Origin: a virus | Lineage: Duplodnaviria > Caudoviricetes | DNA length: 57,283 nt | Virus record (IMG/VR): IMGVR_UViG_3300032144_000012 | Coordinates: 1 to 57,283 of that record | Direction: 5' to 3' (one strand) | Part shown: piece after piece, positions 8,596 through 19,229 of the stretch | Position numbering within the stretch: the stretch's first letter is position 1 | Layout of the letters: every line of letters begins with the position of its first letter | Notes under the pieces: generated by a model | The model's input: the letters and a program-made list of their open reading frames with translations, nothing else | Databases searched by the model: none | Told to the model about the DNA's origin: nothing | Position numbers and translations under genes: made by a program

Positions 8596-11500
8596 GTGGC
8601 GGGTCCTGGTGGTGTCGAGGCAGGCAGGGCGCACCTCAAGGTCGCCACCGACACCTCCTCGATCCCCGCGCACGTCCGGAAGGTCGCGGAGGAGATCGAG
8701 CGGAAGGTCAAGATCCGCCTCCCTGTCGGGCTTGACCGGGACTCGGTCCGCGAGGAGATCAACCGCTGGGCAGCGCAGATCAAGGAGCAGGCGCGGAAGA
8801 TCCCGGCCGCGAAGGTTCCGGTCGCGAAGCCGGAGATGGACGAGTGGTCGAAGCGGGTCCGCGCCGACGTCCTGAAGCTGCAGCGATCCATCGACGTCAC
8901 CCTCCCCGTCACCGCCGAGGCCGAGCAGCTGCGGCGGGACGTCGCGTCGAAGGTCCGCGCCGTCGAGGCCGGCCTGAACGTCGGCGTCCCCGTCGAGCTC
9001 GAAGGAGCGGCATCGTTCCGCAGGGAGACCCTCGACATCGTCGCCGAGATCGAGGCGATCGCCAAGGCATCGCACCCGGTCGTGGAGATCGAGACCGACG
9101 TCGACCGGGACTCGGCACGGAAGACGGCGACGGCGATCGGCCGCCAAGTGTCGTCGGTGCGGGACCTGACGACGGTGTCCTCTCAGCTGGCCCTGTCCGC
9201 GGGTAAGGCTGGTGCCGCGCTGGCGACGTTCGGGCCGCCGCTGATCATCGCGGCCGGTGCTGCCGCTGCCATCGCTCCCGCGCTGCTCACCGCTGTCCCC
9301 GCCGTCGCTGGATTGGGTGCGGGGCTGGGCGTGGTCGCTCTGGCGACGCAGGGCATCGGCGACGCGCTGAAGCTGGCGTTCGACCCGGAGAAGACGAAGG
9401 AGTACCAGGCGGCGCTGGAGCGGCTGTCACCGGCAGCCCGGGGTGTCGTGACGGCGGTCGTCGCCCTGAAGAAGCCGTTCAAGGACTTGCAGCAGACGGT
9501 GCAGGAGACCCTGCTGCAGGGGGTTGGCCCGGCGCTGCAGCGCACCGGAAAGCGGATCATCACATCGCTGACCCCGACGCTCACTCAGGTATCGGAGAAG
9601 CTGAACTCGGCCGCGAAGGGCATGCTCCAATTCGTCGGGTCCGGGCGCACATTGAAGCTCGTCGACCAGCTGATCCGCCGATCGACACTGGCCCTGCAAC
9701 CGTTGGGTGGGGCGTTCAAGTCGGTGACGACCGCCCTGCTGCAGATCGGTGTCGCGGCCGGGCCGGCGCTGAAGATTCTCTCTACGGCCCTCGCCGGGGC
9801 GGCGTCCCGTTTCGCGGCGTGGGTCGCGCAGGCGTCGAAGTCCGGGCAGTTGACGAAGCTGATCTCGTCTGCCGCGACCCTGCTCGTCAGGGTCCTCGGG
9901 AGCATGGGCCGGTGGATCGGCCAGGTGGTGGGCCTGCTGATCAGCATCGGCCCCGCGGCCGTGGACGTGTTCACCGCAGTGGTCGACGCGGCAGCCGGTC
10001 TCCTCGGCTGGTTCCGCAAGCTCGGACCCGTCATCTCGAAGAACAAGGCCATCTTCGCCGCCGCCGGGATCGCCCTGCTCACGCTGGTGTCCCCGGCCTA
10101 CGCCGTCGTCGCGGCGGTGATCGCGACCATCGTCGCGTTCCAGAAGTTCGGGCCGCAGATCATGGCCGCGATCGAGCCGTTCGTTGCGGGGTTCTCCCAG
10201 GCGTGGACGGTCCTCGTGGGCGCGTTCCAGACGGCCCTGCCGATCGTGCAGCAGGCCATCACCTACGTGGTGACGTCGCTGCAGTCCCTCGCCCCGCAGG
10301 TGCAGGCCGTCGCGGGCGCGTTCATCAACTTCTTCCGGTCGATGGCGCCGATCGTGCAGCAGATCGTGGCCGTGTTCGTGGAGAAGTGGCCGGAGATCCA
10401 GGCCACCGTGAAGTCCGTCTTCGACTCGGTGGTGTCGATCGTCCGGTCGTCCCTGTCGATCGCGGCTACGTACATCCGGACGGTGACGACGGCGATCACG
10501 ACCCTGTGGAACTCGGGGTTCGGCAAGGTGATCATCGGGATCACGAAGGGCGCCCTGACCCTGGTCCTCGGCGTCATTCGGGGCGCGTTCCAGGTCATCG
10601 CTGGCCTGTTCCAGACCGTCGCGTCCGTGCTGAAGGGCGACTGGAAGGGCGCCTGGGACGGGATCAAGCGGATCGTGTCCGGCGCGAAGACCGCGATCGT
10701 CGCCGTCGTCAAGGGCATGTGGGAGGGGATCAAGGGGGTCTTCGCGGGCGCGAAGGACTTCCTCTACAACATCGGCCGCGACATCGTCGCTGGCCTCAAG
10801 AACGGGATCATCGCCGAGAAGGACCGGGCCGTGCAGGCCGCCAAGGACGTGGCGGCCGGGGTCAAGGACGCCGTCGCCGGGTTCTTGCTGATCAAGTCCC
10901 CGTCGAAGGTGATGGTGAAGCTGGGCAAGTGGATCGTCGTTGGTCTCGCGCAGGGCATCACGAAGTCCCGCTCGTCGCTGCAGTCGGCGCTGAAGCAGAT
11001 CACGAACCTCGTGCTGAAGTCCGGGGACAAGGCCGCGATCCACGCCGTCCGCGCCGTGGACGACGCGCTGCTGCGGCGGGCGAAGGTCCGTGACGCGCTC
11101 GTCGGTCGGCTGGAGAGAGCGCAGAAGAAGCTGACCGACCTGCAGAAGCAGGCCCGGGACTACGCCGCGCAGACCAAGGCGAACGTCGTCGAGGGCGCCA
11201 ACATCACCACCCTCAAGGACGTCTTCGGGCAGACCAGCCTCAAGTCGATCACGGGCGGGCTGCAGGCGGCGGTGTCGAAGGCCCGCACGTTCGCGTCCGT
11301 CATCACCCGGCTGAAGACCCTCGGGTTGAAGGGGACGGCGCTGGACCAGCTGATCCAGGCCGGCCCGGAGAACGGGCTCGCGGCGGCGCAGGCGATCCTC
11401 GCCGGCGGCCGTGCGGCGATCGCGCAGGTGAACCGGCTGCAGAAGCAGCTGGCGGACGCCGGCGGGCTGGTCGGGAAGATCGGCGCGAAAACCCTGTACG

Positions 11501-11913
11501 GGTCCGGCATCGAGGCAGCCAAGGGCCTCGTGGACGGCATCAAGGACCGCATCGGCGACATCACCGACGTGATGCGGCGGATCGCCCGGGAGATGGTCCG
11601 CACCATCCGCCGCGAGCTCAAGATCAAGTCGCCGTCACGGGTGATGCGCGAGCAGGGCCGCTGGGTGCCACAGGGCCTCGCCCTGGGCATCCGTGACGAC
11701 GCCGGGTTCGTGACGTCGGCGATGTCCGGGCTGGTGCCTCGGCAGGTCCGTGCCCCCCGGTTCTCTGGGTCTGGCGGCGGCGGGGGCGTGGCTGCGGGCG
11801 GGGTGAACCTGTTCCCCGGCGCGACGATCGTCGCGGCGGACCCGAACGAGGCCGCGGACGTGTTCGGCCGGCGCCTGTCGTCGCTCACGTCGGCCGTGAA
11901 TCTCGCCGTCTGA
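8596..11913 (+). CDS. Tape measure protein
   Basis: 1105 aa, Ala-rich helical, periodic aromatic repeats, two IKSPS(K/R)VM motifs. Confidence 0.95.
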   Translation: MAGPGGVEAGRAHLKVATDTSSIPAHVRKVAEEIERKVKIRLPVGLDRDSVREEINRWAAQIKEQARKIPAAKVPVAKPEMDEWSKRVRADVLKLQRSIDVTLPVTAEAEQLRRDVASKVRAVEAGLNVGVPVELEGAASFRRETLDIVAEIEAIAKASHPVVEIETDVDRDSARKTATAIGRQVSSVRDLTTVSSQLALSAGKAGAALATFGPPLIIAAGAAAAIAPALLTAVPAVAGLGAGLGVVALATQGIGDALKLAFDPEKTKEYQAALERLSPAARGVVTAVVALKKPFKDLQQTVQETLLQGVGPALQRTGKRIITSLTPTLTQVSEKLNSAAKGMLQFVGSGRTLKLVDQLIRRSTLALQPLGGAFKSVTTALLQIGVAAGPALKILSTALAGAASRFAAWVAQASKSGQLTKLISSAATLLVRVLGSMGRWIGQVVGLLISIGPAAVDVFTAVVDAAAGLLGWFRKLGPVISKNKAIFAAAGIALLTLVSPAYAVVAAVIATIVAFQKFGPQIMAAIEPFVAGFSQAWTVLVGAFQTALPIVQQAITYVVTSLQSLAPQVQAVAGAFINFFRSMAPIVQQIVAVFVEKWPEIQATVKSVFDSVVSIVRSSLSIAATYIRTVTTAITTLWNSGFGKVIIGITKGALTLVLGVIRGAFQVIAGLFQTVASVLKGDWKGAWDGIKRIVSGAKTAIVAVVKGMWEGIKGVFAGAKDFLYNIGRDIVAGLKNGIIAEKDRAVQAAKDVAAGVKDAVAGFLLIKSPSKVMVKLGKWIVVGLAQGITKSRSSLQSALKQITNLVLKSGDKAAIHAVRAVDDALLRRAKVRDALVGRLERAQKKLTDLQKQARDYAAQTKANVVEGANITTLKDVFGQTSLKSITGGLQAAVSKARTFASVITRLKTLGLKGTALDQLIQAGPENGLAAAQAILAGGRAAIAQVNRLQKQLADAGGLVGKIGAKTLYGSGIEAAKGLVDGIKDRIGDITDVMRRIAREMVRTIRRELKIKSPSRVMREQGRWVPQGLALGIRDDAGFVTSAMSGLVPRQVRAPRFSGSGGGGGVAAGGVNLFPGATIVAADPNEAADVFGRRLSSLTSAVNLAV

Positions 11914-11928
11914 CCCGGGAGGCGTCGC

Positions 11929-12897
11929 ATGCCCATCCGGTTGCAGCTCGGCGACCTCGCGCCGACCCTCCCGTCGCCGGATTCCTGGCCCGGCACTGGG
12001 ATGGTGTGGGTGGGGGCGGACGGGTCTCGGTGGGACCTGCTGGACCCGGCGACGGGCGTCGTCCTGCGCGGGCAGGGCGGCGGGCTGGAGAAGCCCCGCC
12101 ATGACCGGTGGACGTCCACCGCGCCGGGCCTGCACGGCTCGCAGCATCGCGGGTCGCGGGTCCGGGAGCGGGATGACGTGACGTGGCAGGTGCACGTCGT
12201 GAACCGTGGCGGGGCGGCGGCGTTCGACGGGACGCAGCGGGCATGGCTGCGATCGATGCACCGCGACGTCGAGGGCGTGTGGGAGGTCACCGTCCTGGGC
12301 CGGAAGCGGCGGCTGCGGCTGCGGCACGCCGAGGACGAGCCGGACTTCGCCCGCGACCCACTGTCCCGTGCGGGTGCGGGGTATGTGCCGTACCTGCACC
12401 GGTTCACGGCGTCTCAGCCGTTCTGGGAGGGCGACGTCGTCTCGCGGGTGTTCAAGGCGGCCGACCCGCACGAGTTCTTCATGCTCGACGAGCAGACCGA
12501 CGACGGCGTGTTCACCGGCGGCCTGTTCTGGATCGGCGAGTCCGCCACCGTCGACACCGCCTCCCTCACGAACCCTGGTGAGGAGGAGGCGTGGCCGGTG
12601 TGGCGGATCAACGGCCCGTGCCTGACCGCCGAGGTGGGCGTGGACGGCCGCGTGGTCGAGGTGCCGTTCGAGCTCGAGGACGGCGAGTGGTTGGAGATCG
12701 ACACCCGCAAGGACCGGCAGACCGTTCTGGATCAGGACGGCGTGGACCGGATCGCGGACCTCGGTGAGGTGAACTTCACCCCGATCCCGGCAGGTGGGCG
12801 GGTCACGTTGGACGTGTCGGTGTCCGGCACCGAGCCTGGCACCGACTTCTACGTGTCGTGCTCGATCACGCCCCTGTACGGGAGCGCGTGGTCGTGA
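11929..12897 (+). CDS. Distal tail (Dit-like) minor tail protein
   Basis: First gene after TMP; QPFWEG and NPGEEEAWPVWRINGP motifs. Confidence 0.85.
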   Translation: MPIRLQLGDLAPTLPSPDSWPGTGMVWVGADGSRWDLLDPATGVVLRGQGGGLEKPRHDRWTSTAPGLHGSQHRGSRVRERDDVTWQVHVVNRGGAAAFDGTQRAWLRSMHRDVEGVWEVTVLGRKRRLRLRHAEDEPDFARDPLSRAGAGYVPYLHRFTASQPFWEGDVVSRVFKAADPHEFFMLDEQTDDGVFTGGLFWIGESATVDTASLTNPGEEEAWPVWRINGPCLTAEVGVDGRVVEVPFELEDGEWLEIDTRKDRQTVLDQDGVDRIADLGEVNFTPIPAGGRVTLDVSVSGTEPGTDFYVSCSITPLYGSAWS

Positions 12898-14039
12898 GGG
12901 TCGACGTCACGCTGTTCGACCACGAGTTCACGAAGATCGGCTTCGGTGACGGGTTCGAGCAGTTGGAGGTCACGGACCGGCTGAACGCAGTCGGCGAGTG
13001 CGTGATCGCATTGCCGACGACGAATCCCGACGGCGACGCGAACGAGCATGCGGCGAAGCTCCTGACCCCGGGGACGCGGGTCGTGGTGGACGTCACCCCG
13101 GATGGCGCGTCGAAGTTCCAGCTGTTCTCGGGGCCCGTGCAACGCATCGCCGCGTCGGGTCCGGCGGCGACCGCTGCCGTGCAGGCGACTTGCCGGTCGG
13201 ACTGGGCCCTGTTCGAGCGGGTCCTCGGCTGGTCAGTCCCCGCGTCGGCGATCACCGCACAGTCGGGCGCCGAGTTCTGGACGGCCACCGGCCCGGCGGA
13301 GACCGTGATCAAGGATCTCGTGGCGGCGAACGTCGTGGACCGGCTCGGGCTGCCCGTGAACGTCGCTACCGACCTGGGTCGCGGCTCGACGGTGACGGCG
13401 TCGATCCGATTCACACCCCTGGCCGACACGATCGCCGAGCTCGCCGCGCAAGGCGGCATCGGAGTCACGGTCACCCAAGGCGTGGGCGGGCTCGTCGTGG
13501 ACGTGTTCGAGGGCGTCGACCGGACGGCGCGCCTGTTCGACGAGTCCAACGGCGTCGTCACCTCCTGGGCGTGGTCCACGGTCGGACCAGCGGCGACCCG
13601 GCTTGTCGCTGGCGGTCCGGGTGAGGGCACGGCGCGGGAGTTCCGCACGGCCGTCAACGCCGGCCGGGAGACGACCGAGCGGGACGTGATCGAGACGTTC
13701 GTCGACATCACCGACGCGACGTCCGGATCGGACCTCGCGTCGAAGGGCGCTGCGGCGCTGGTCGGGATGGGCCGCACGTCGAGCCTGACTGTCGATCTCG
13801 GCGAGACCGCAGCGTCCCGGTATGGCAAGTCGTTCAAGGTCGGCGATCTCCTGCGGCTGGGCTACCTCGGCGCCGAGGTGACCGACGTGCTCCGCGAAGC
13901 GAAGCTCACGTTCACCGCCGCCGACGGCCCGGTGATCACCCCCACGGTCGGCGACCCCCTCACCGGAACCCCAGAGAAGGCCCTCGTCAAGCAGCTCGCG
14001 GCGATGGCCGCGAACGTCCGCAAGCTGAAAGCGAGGTGA
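12894..14039 (+). CDS. Minor tail / baseplate hub protein (Gp37-like)
   Basis: GPAETVIKDLV..GGPGEGTAR..YGKSFKVGD motifs; GTGA overlap. Confidence 0.82.
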   Translation: MRVDVTLFDHEFTKIGFGDGFEQLEVTDRLNAVGECVIALPTTNPDGDANEHAAKLLTPGTRVVVDVTPDGASKFQLFSGPVQRIAASGPAATAAVQATCRSDWALFERVLGWSVPASAITAQSGAEFWTATGPAETVIKDLVAANVVDRLGLPVNVATDLGRGSTVTASIRFTPLADTIAELAAQGGIGVTVTQGVGGLVVDVFEGVDRTARLFDESNGVVTSWAWSTVGPAATRLVAGGPGEGTAREFRTAVNAGRETTERDVIETFVDITDATSGSDLASKGAAALVGMGRTSSLTVDLGETAASRYGKSFKVGDLLRLGYLGAEVTDVLREAKLTFTAADGPVITPTVGDPLTGTPEKALVKQLAAMAANVRKLKAR

Positions 14040-14043
14040 TCCG

Positions 14044-15042
14044 GTGGCCGAGTCCAGCTTTCCGTGGGTCGGTGGCGGTGTCGTTGACGCGGGCGGGTGG
14101 CGTGGCCGCGCCGGGACCGTCGGCGACGGCACGATGGGCGACGCCACCGGTACCGCGTTCAACCCGACCTGCACGGGCTCGGACAAGGTCGTCACCGTAG
14201 CTCCCGGCATCGCGAACGTGCAGCACGCCACATACGTGTCGACCGCGGCGGTCAACCACAACATCGGAGCTGTCGGGTCCGCACCGTCGTCCGGTCAGTA
14301 CCGGTGGGACTACATCGTCATCCGGTACGACGCCACCGAGCTTCTGGTCGCGGACCGCGTCCAGCAGGTCATCAAGCCCGGCACGCCGTCCACCACGCCC
14401 GCCTTCCCGGCGCTCACGCAGGACCCCGACGGGGTGTGGGAGCACCCGCTCATCTCGGTGAAGCGGGGCCCGGGGGACGTGTCCGTGACGTCGGCGATGA
14501 TCGCGAAGGTCGGGCCGTGGGTCGCGCAGACCGTCTACGTGCCCGGCGCAGGTGAACTCCCCGACGGCCTGTACGACGCCGGGATCGCCGCCACCTACAA
14601 CAACCTGTACCACCGCGGCCCGGACGGCTACACCAGCATCCTCGACCCGGCATGGACGGCACTGACGCCGGCGGCGGGGATCTCGCAGTACGGGCCTGCG
14701 ATGCAGTGGCGGATCCAGGCCGGGCAGATCCACGTCGTGGGCACGTTCCGGCTGACCGCGGCTGCGTTCACCGCGAACGCGTGGACGGCGGTCGCGAACC
14801 TTCCGGCGGCCTGGTACACGGCTGGTCTGCGGACCGGTGTCGGTGGGTTCCCGCCGATCAAGCCGATCACGCTGACCGAGGACTTCGCCAGCGGGCAGCT
14901 GCCGGTGGCGATCCAGGCGGACCTGATGTTCATGCTCAACTCCGGCGGCGGCGTCATGTACGTGCGCCCGCGGGCGACCGGCGGCCGTCACGGCTACGTC
15001 GACTGGTGGCTGGGTCCAATCGCTGACCCGCGCCTGGCCTGA
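14044..15042 (+). CDS. Minor tail protein (baseplate/fiber)
   Basis: SFPW start, R.DYIVIRYD..GTP..P.LTQ..GVWE.PL motif. Confidence 0.78.
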   Translation: MAESSFPWVGGGVVDAGGWRGRAGTVGDGTMGDATGTAFNPTCTGSDKVVTVAPGIANVQHATYVSTAAVNHNIGAVGSAPSSGQYRWDYIVIRYDATELLVADRVQQVIKPGTPSTTPAFPALTQDPDGVWEHPLISVKRGPGDVSVTSAMIAKVGPWVAQTVYVPGAGELPDGLYDAGIAATYNNLYHRGPDGYTSILDPAWTALTPAAGISQYGPAMQWRIQAGQIHVVGTFRLTAAAFTANAWTAVANLPAAWYTAGLRTGVGGFPPIKPITLTEDFASGQLPVAIQADLMFMLNSGGGVMYVRPRATGGRHGYVDWWLGPIADPRLA

Positions 15043-15108
15043 CCTCTCCTCTCACCCCCTTCACCCCGCCCCGGTGGGGCGATTCCCGCGCGCCCGTGGA
15101 GGTCCCCC

Positions 15109-15681
15109 ATGCCTCAGTTCGGCACCGACATCACCCCCGGATTCATCGTGGAGGTCCCCGACCCGTCGGAGTCTGTCGACGGGGAAGGCAACACGCGGAC
15201 CCTGCGCCCGCCCGCCGGTACCGAGGTGCCCGTCAAGGACTACGCCACGGGCGACCCGCTCGACCCGATCGTTCTCGACGAGGACGGGCACTGGACGTAC
15301 GAGACGACGTCGGCGACACAGATCCTCGCCAACATCACCCCGGCCGGGCCGGGCGAGAAGTGGGTCGGGCCGATCTGGTCGAAGCAGGCGAAGGACAACT
15401 CGGCCGGCGCGGGTGTGAACGCGTCGGCGGCGCTCAACGCCGCGAACGAGGCCCGGCAGGTCGCCGACGCCGCCGCGGCGGCGGTCGCGTCCGGCGGTGG
15501 GGGTGGCGGCGGGTCCGGCGCGCAGATCATCAAGGAGGTCGTCGGGTCGCCCGGTGTCTACCCGGCACCCACGTCGTCCGGCCCGCGCTGGTTCTACGGC
15601 CAGTACGAGCCGACCCTGGCGCAGGGGTTCCGTGACATCGCCTACGGGGACATGTGGTGGCCCGTGGTGGTGTCACCGTAG
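15109..15681 (+). CDS. Tail-tip accessory protein
   Basis: N-terminal beta domain, Ala coil, poly-Gly linker, GDMWW end; GGAGGT RBS. Confidence 0.6.
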   Translation: MPQFGTDITPGFIVEVPDPSESVDGEGNTRTLRPPAGTEVPVKDYATGDPLDPIVLDEDGHWTYETTSATQILANITPAGPGEKWVGPIWSKQAKDNSAGAGVNASAALNAANEARQVADAAAAAVASGGGGGGGSGAQIIKEVVGSPGVYPAPTSSGPRWFYGQYEPTLAQGFRDIAYGDMWWPVVVSP

Positions 15682-17354
15682 TGGCCCGCACCGTCGAGTC
15701 CCCCTGGTTCCGCATGGGGGACAAGCTGCGCCGCAACGGGTCCTCGCCGCGTGACCCGTACACACCCCCGTCGGCGCCGGTGAACTCCACGCCGTGGCTG
15801 CCGTTCGACCTGAACGTCTACCTCGCCGACATGCGCGCCAGCGCGTACAAGGCGTACCTGCACGGCTTCCTCACCTTCCCCCTTGGCGGCGACGGGTGGC
15901 CGTTCCCGAACAGCCCGACGTGGGACCTGGACCGGCTCCCCACTGGCACGGTGAAGCTGGCGAACGGGGACTCGCTGCTCCGCGACGTCCTATACGACCC
16001 GTACCGGTCGCAGCGGCCCATCCCCTCCCAAGGCGGCGTGCCGCCCGAGGTCATCGGCCGCGTCTGGGACTGCCAGCAGGCATCCAGGGCTGGGTGGGAC
16101 GGCGAGTTCCCCGACGTCCTGAACCTCAGCATCGACGCTGAAGGCAACCGTGACGACCGGTGGGGGCAACTGCTCGACCTCGTCTGGGCCGCCAACCTCG
16201 CCACCAACGGTGGTGACCCGTACGACATCCTCCCCATGCTCGACGGGAACACGTCCGTCTCTCGGCTGACGAACCGCGCCCAGCTGATCACGCGCCTCGG
16301 GAACCTCTGGTCCGACCCCCGGATCTACAAGGAGGGTGGCGCCGCTCAGATCGGCGTCTACATGCCCGAGGCCGGTGGGCCGGCCAGCAAGACCGGCACC
16401 GTCGCAGAAGTCGTCGACCAGTGGGCCGGCCTGCAGTCCGGGATGGCCTCGATCGGCAAGCCCATCGAGTTCACGATGTGCCCGCAGCGAGGCAACCAGG
16501 ACTCGGCCACCCCGAGCGTCCCCGGCTGGGCGGGCACGACCCTCGTCGGACAGCAGGGGTACGGGGCGGCCCTCGCGCCGTTCGCGAAGCGCATGTCCCG
16601 GTGGGGGTCCCGCAACCCGGTCGAGACGCTGAACACGAACGCGCAGAACGCGGGCGCCGCCGCCTACTCGCGCAACGTCCTCGGCCGGCCGTGGATGGCG
16701 CCGGTCAGCGTCCGGGACTCCCGGCCCAACCAGTCGAAGTACGAGGAGTGCCGAGGCTGGGACCAGCTGCGGGCGTCGTTCAAGGTCGCCACCGACAACG
16801 GGGCGGTGTGGATTCAGGCGCCGACTCGGTCCGACATGGCCGAGCACGCGCACATGGCGCCGTCCCGCAACCACGGGTGGACGTCGTACGACATCTCGTC
16901 CTACTACCTCGTGCAGTACAAGCTGCGGGTCTGGCCGACGATCCTGACCGACACCGTCTACATCACGCACCGGGTGCACCGCACCAGCGGCGTCACCATC
17001 ACCACATCGGGCCTGACGATGCCCACCAAGCAGGGCTCGACCGGCGCGGCGGACATCGTCGAGGCGTTCGTGTTCCTCACCGACCCGACCGACGTCACCG
17101 TCGAGATCACCTCCGGCGGCGTCACCCGAACCTTCATCCCCGAGGACCGGTACCGGGTGTACGGCGGTGAGGGCGTGTACGCCTTCACGGTCGACCTGAA
17201 CCCGGGCCCGGCACCGTCGGCGCGGATCCTGCGCGACGGCCGCCTGATCGCGTCCGTCGTGTCCCAGTTCCCCGTCGTCACGTCGACCATCGCGCCCGAC
17301 ATGGACTACAGGTCCGCGTCGTCGGGGCGCCAAGTGCAGGGAGCCCCGGCATGA
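15681..17354 (+). CDS. GH71-like (alpha-1,3-glucanase-like) glycoside hydrolase
   Basis: QASRAGWDG..D, WMAPVSVRDSRPNQ..Y.E, WIQAPTRSDMAE..APS..HGW..DISSYY..K and D.VYITHR resemble actinobacterial GH71 proteins. Confidence 0.65.
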   Translation: MARTVESPWFRMGDKLRRNGSSPRDPYTPPSAPVNSTPWLPFDLNVYLADMRASAYKAYLHGFLTFPLGGDGWPFPNSPTWDLDRLPTGTVKLANGDSLLRDVLYDPYRSQRPIPSQGGVPPEVIGRVWDCQQASRAGWDGEFPDVLNLSIDAEGNRDDRWGQLLDLVWAANLATNGGDPYDILPMLDGNTSVSRLTNRAQLITRLGNLWSDPRIYKEGGAAQIGVYMPEAGGPASKTGTVAEVVDQWAGLQSGMASIGKPIEFTMCPQRGNQDSATPSVPGWAGTTLVGQQGYGAALAPFAKRMSRWGSRNPVETLNTNAQNAGAAAYSRNVLGRPWMAPVSVRDSRPNQSKYEECRGWDQLRASFKVATDNGAVWIQAPTRSDMAEHAHMAPSRNHGWTSYDISSYYLVQYKLRVWPTILTDTVYITHRVHRTSGVTITTSGLTMPTKQGSTGAADIVEAFVFLTDPTDVTVEITSGGVTRTFIPEDRYRVYGGEGVYAFTVDLNPGPAPSARILRDGRLIASVVSQFPVVTSTIAPDMDYRSASSGRQVQGAPA

Positions 17355-18721
17355 GCATCACGACGCCCGTCACTCCCACCGAGGTCAACCAGGGGTCCTC
17401 GAACACGTCGCGGGTCATCAACATGCCCGCGTCGTTGGCCGACGGCGACGGCGCCGTCCTGGCCGTGATGACCGCCACCAACGTGGTCCCCACCCTCACC
17501 GCGGCGGGCCTGTCCCGCACCTGGACTCTCGAGGCCAGCGTCGCCGTGTCCGGCAAGGCGCTGCACGTGTGGTCCGTCACGGACCTGGAGGTGGCGGACT
17601 CCAGCGAGCCCGTCACGATCGCCACCGGGTCCACGTCGTGCAAGGTGTCCGCGATCGTCGAACCGATCCGTGGGTGCAGCCTCGTAGACATCATCGGTGC
17701 CGTCGCCACCAAGAACGGCACCCCGTCCGCGCTGAACCCGACGACACCGCTGCTGACCACCACCTACCCCGACAGTGGCATCCTCTACATCGTCGGCATG
17801 CGGGACAACGACACCGGCAGTGGCGGCACCCCGATCACGTCGATCAGCCCCGCGACCGGGCAGGGCATCACCGAGGACGCCGACGCCTACACCACCGGCA
17901 CCGCGTCCCTGTCCGGGCTGTGCGTCGCCCGAGACTGGACCCCGCGCGCCAGCGGCTACAACGTGCCCGCCGCGACGTTCGACGCCGACCACGCCGCCGT
18001 GTACTGCGCCGTCACCATCGAGATCCGCCCCGGCAACTCCGCGCCCGTCGCGTACGCCGGCCCCGACGTCGAGGTCGACGCCGGTGACATCGCCTACATC
18101 ACGGGCGCTACCGCCACCGACTCCGACGGCACCGTCGAGGACATTGAGTGGACGGTCCTGTCGTCGCCGTCCGGGTCCGGTGTGGACACCAGCGACCTGG
18201 TGAACCCCACCATCATCTCCCCGTCGCTGGACACCACCCTGCCGGGCGCGTACGTCCTGCAGGTGGAGGTCACCGACGACCTCGGCGCGGTCCACACGGA
18301 CACCATGACGATCTGGGCGGTCACCGAAACGCCCCGGATCCGGAACGTCACCGCGGCCGGCGGGTGGACAGCGGTCGGCGCCGCGTCGATCGTCGCCGCC
18401 CTCGCTGACGACAACCCCGCCACGTATGCGCAGTCGAGCGGGAACCCCGTCAACGACATCCTCGTCGGCGAGCTCGACCCGATCCCCGCCGGGGCCAAGT
18501 CGTTCACCACCACCCTCGTGAACGACGTCGATACGCCCCTGCTCGACGCGACGCTGGAACTGCTCAACCGGGACACGGGGACCCTGGTCGCGACCCAAGA
18601 CGTCGAAGGCATCGACACTACGGAAGTCGAAGTCGAGTGGGTCCTCGACGCCCCCGAGAACGGGGCTGTCCTGGACTCGCACAAGCTGAACGTCCGGATC
18701 ACCGCGAACACGGCGGCGTGA
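17351..18721 (+). CDS. Virion protein with PKD/Ig-like domain
   Basis: NSAPVAYAGPD..ATDSDG..W..G.Y...VTDD.G PKD-like motif; Thr-rich. Confidence 0.65.
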   Translation: MSITTPVTPTEVNQGSSNTSRVINMPASLADGDGAVLAVMTATNVVPTLTAAGLSRTWTLEASVAVSGKALHVWSVTDLEVADSSEPVTIATGSTSCKVSAIVEPIRGCSLVDIIGAVATKNGTPSALNPTTPLLTTTYPDSGILYIVGMRDNDTGSGGTPITSISPATGQGITEDADAYTTGTASLSGLCVARDWTPRASGYNVPAATFDADHAAVYCAVTIEIRPGNSAPVAYAGPDVEVDAGDIAYITGATATDSDGTVEDIEWTVLSSPSGSGVDTSDLVNPTIISPSLDTTLPGAYVLQVEVTDDLGAVHTDTMTIWAVTETPRIRNVTAAGGWTAVGAASIVAALADDNPATYAQSSGNPVNDILVGELDPIPAGAKSFTTTLVNDVDTPLLDATLELLNRDTGTLVATQDVEGIDTTEVEVEWVLDAPENGAVLDSHKLNVRITANTAA

Positions 18722-18722
18722 C

Positions 18723-19229
18723 GTGGTCGCACACCTGAGGGTCCTCGACTTCGCCGGGGCCACCCCGTCGGTCGCGCACCTGCGGATCCTGGACTTCGTG
18801 GGCGCTGTCGCCCCACGAGCTCACCTGCGGATCCTGGACTTCGTCGGCGACGTCGTCATCACCCTCGCCGCGAACGCCGGCGCGGACGTCACCGTCCCCG
18901 CGCTGTCCACGGTCCGGCTCAACGGATCCGCGTCGTCCGGGCGCCCCGACCGGTTCCACTGGGTGCAGACCGGCGGCACCGGGCCCATCGTGGCGCTACA
19001 GCCGTCCGCGGACGCCATGATCGTGTCGTTCACGGCCCCCGCCCTCCCGTTCGGCTGCACCCTCGAGTTCACGCTGTACGTGGCGGAGGAGTCCGGGGAG
19101 TTCGTCGCGTCCCCGGACGTGGTGACGGTGACGGTCGTCGGCCACCCGGTGTTCGTGAAGTTCGGCGGGCAGCTGCGGGCGCTGTCGCTGGACGCGATGC
19201 CGCGCCTGCTCGGGCTGGACGCGGCATGA
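18723..19229 (+). CDS. Virion protein with three N-terminal 15-aa repeats and a PKD-like domain
   Basis: AHLR(V/I)LDF(A/V)G occurs three times, followed by ANAGADVTV..LNGSASS..W.Q. Confidence 0.6.
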   Translation: MVAHLRVLDFAGATPSVAHLRILDFVGAVAPRAHLRILDFVGDVVITLAANAGADVTVPALSTVRLNGSASSGRPDRFHWVQTGGTGPIVALQPSADAMIVSFTAPALPFGCTLEFTLYVAEESGEFVASPDVVTVTVVGHPVFVKFGGQLRALSLDAMPRLLGLDAA

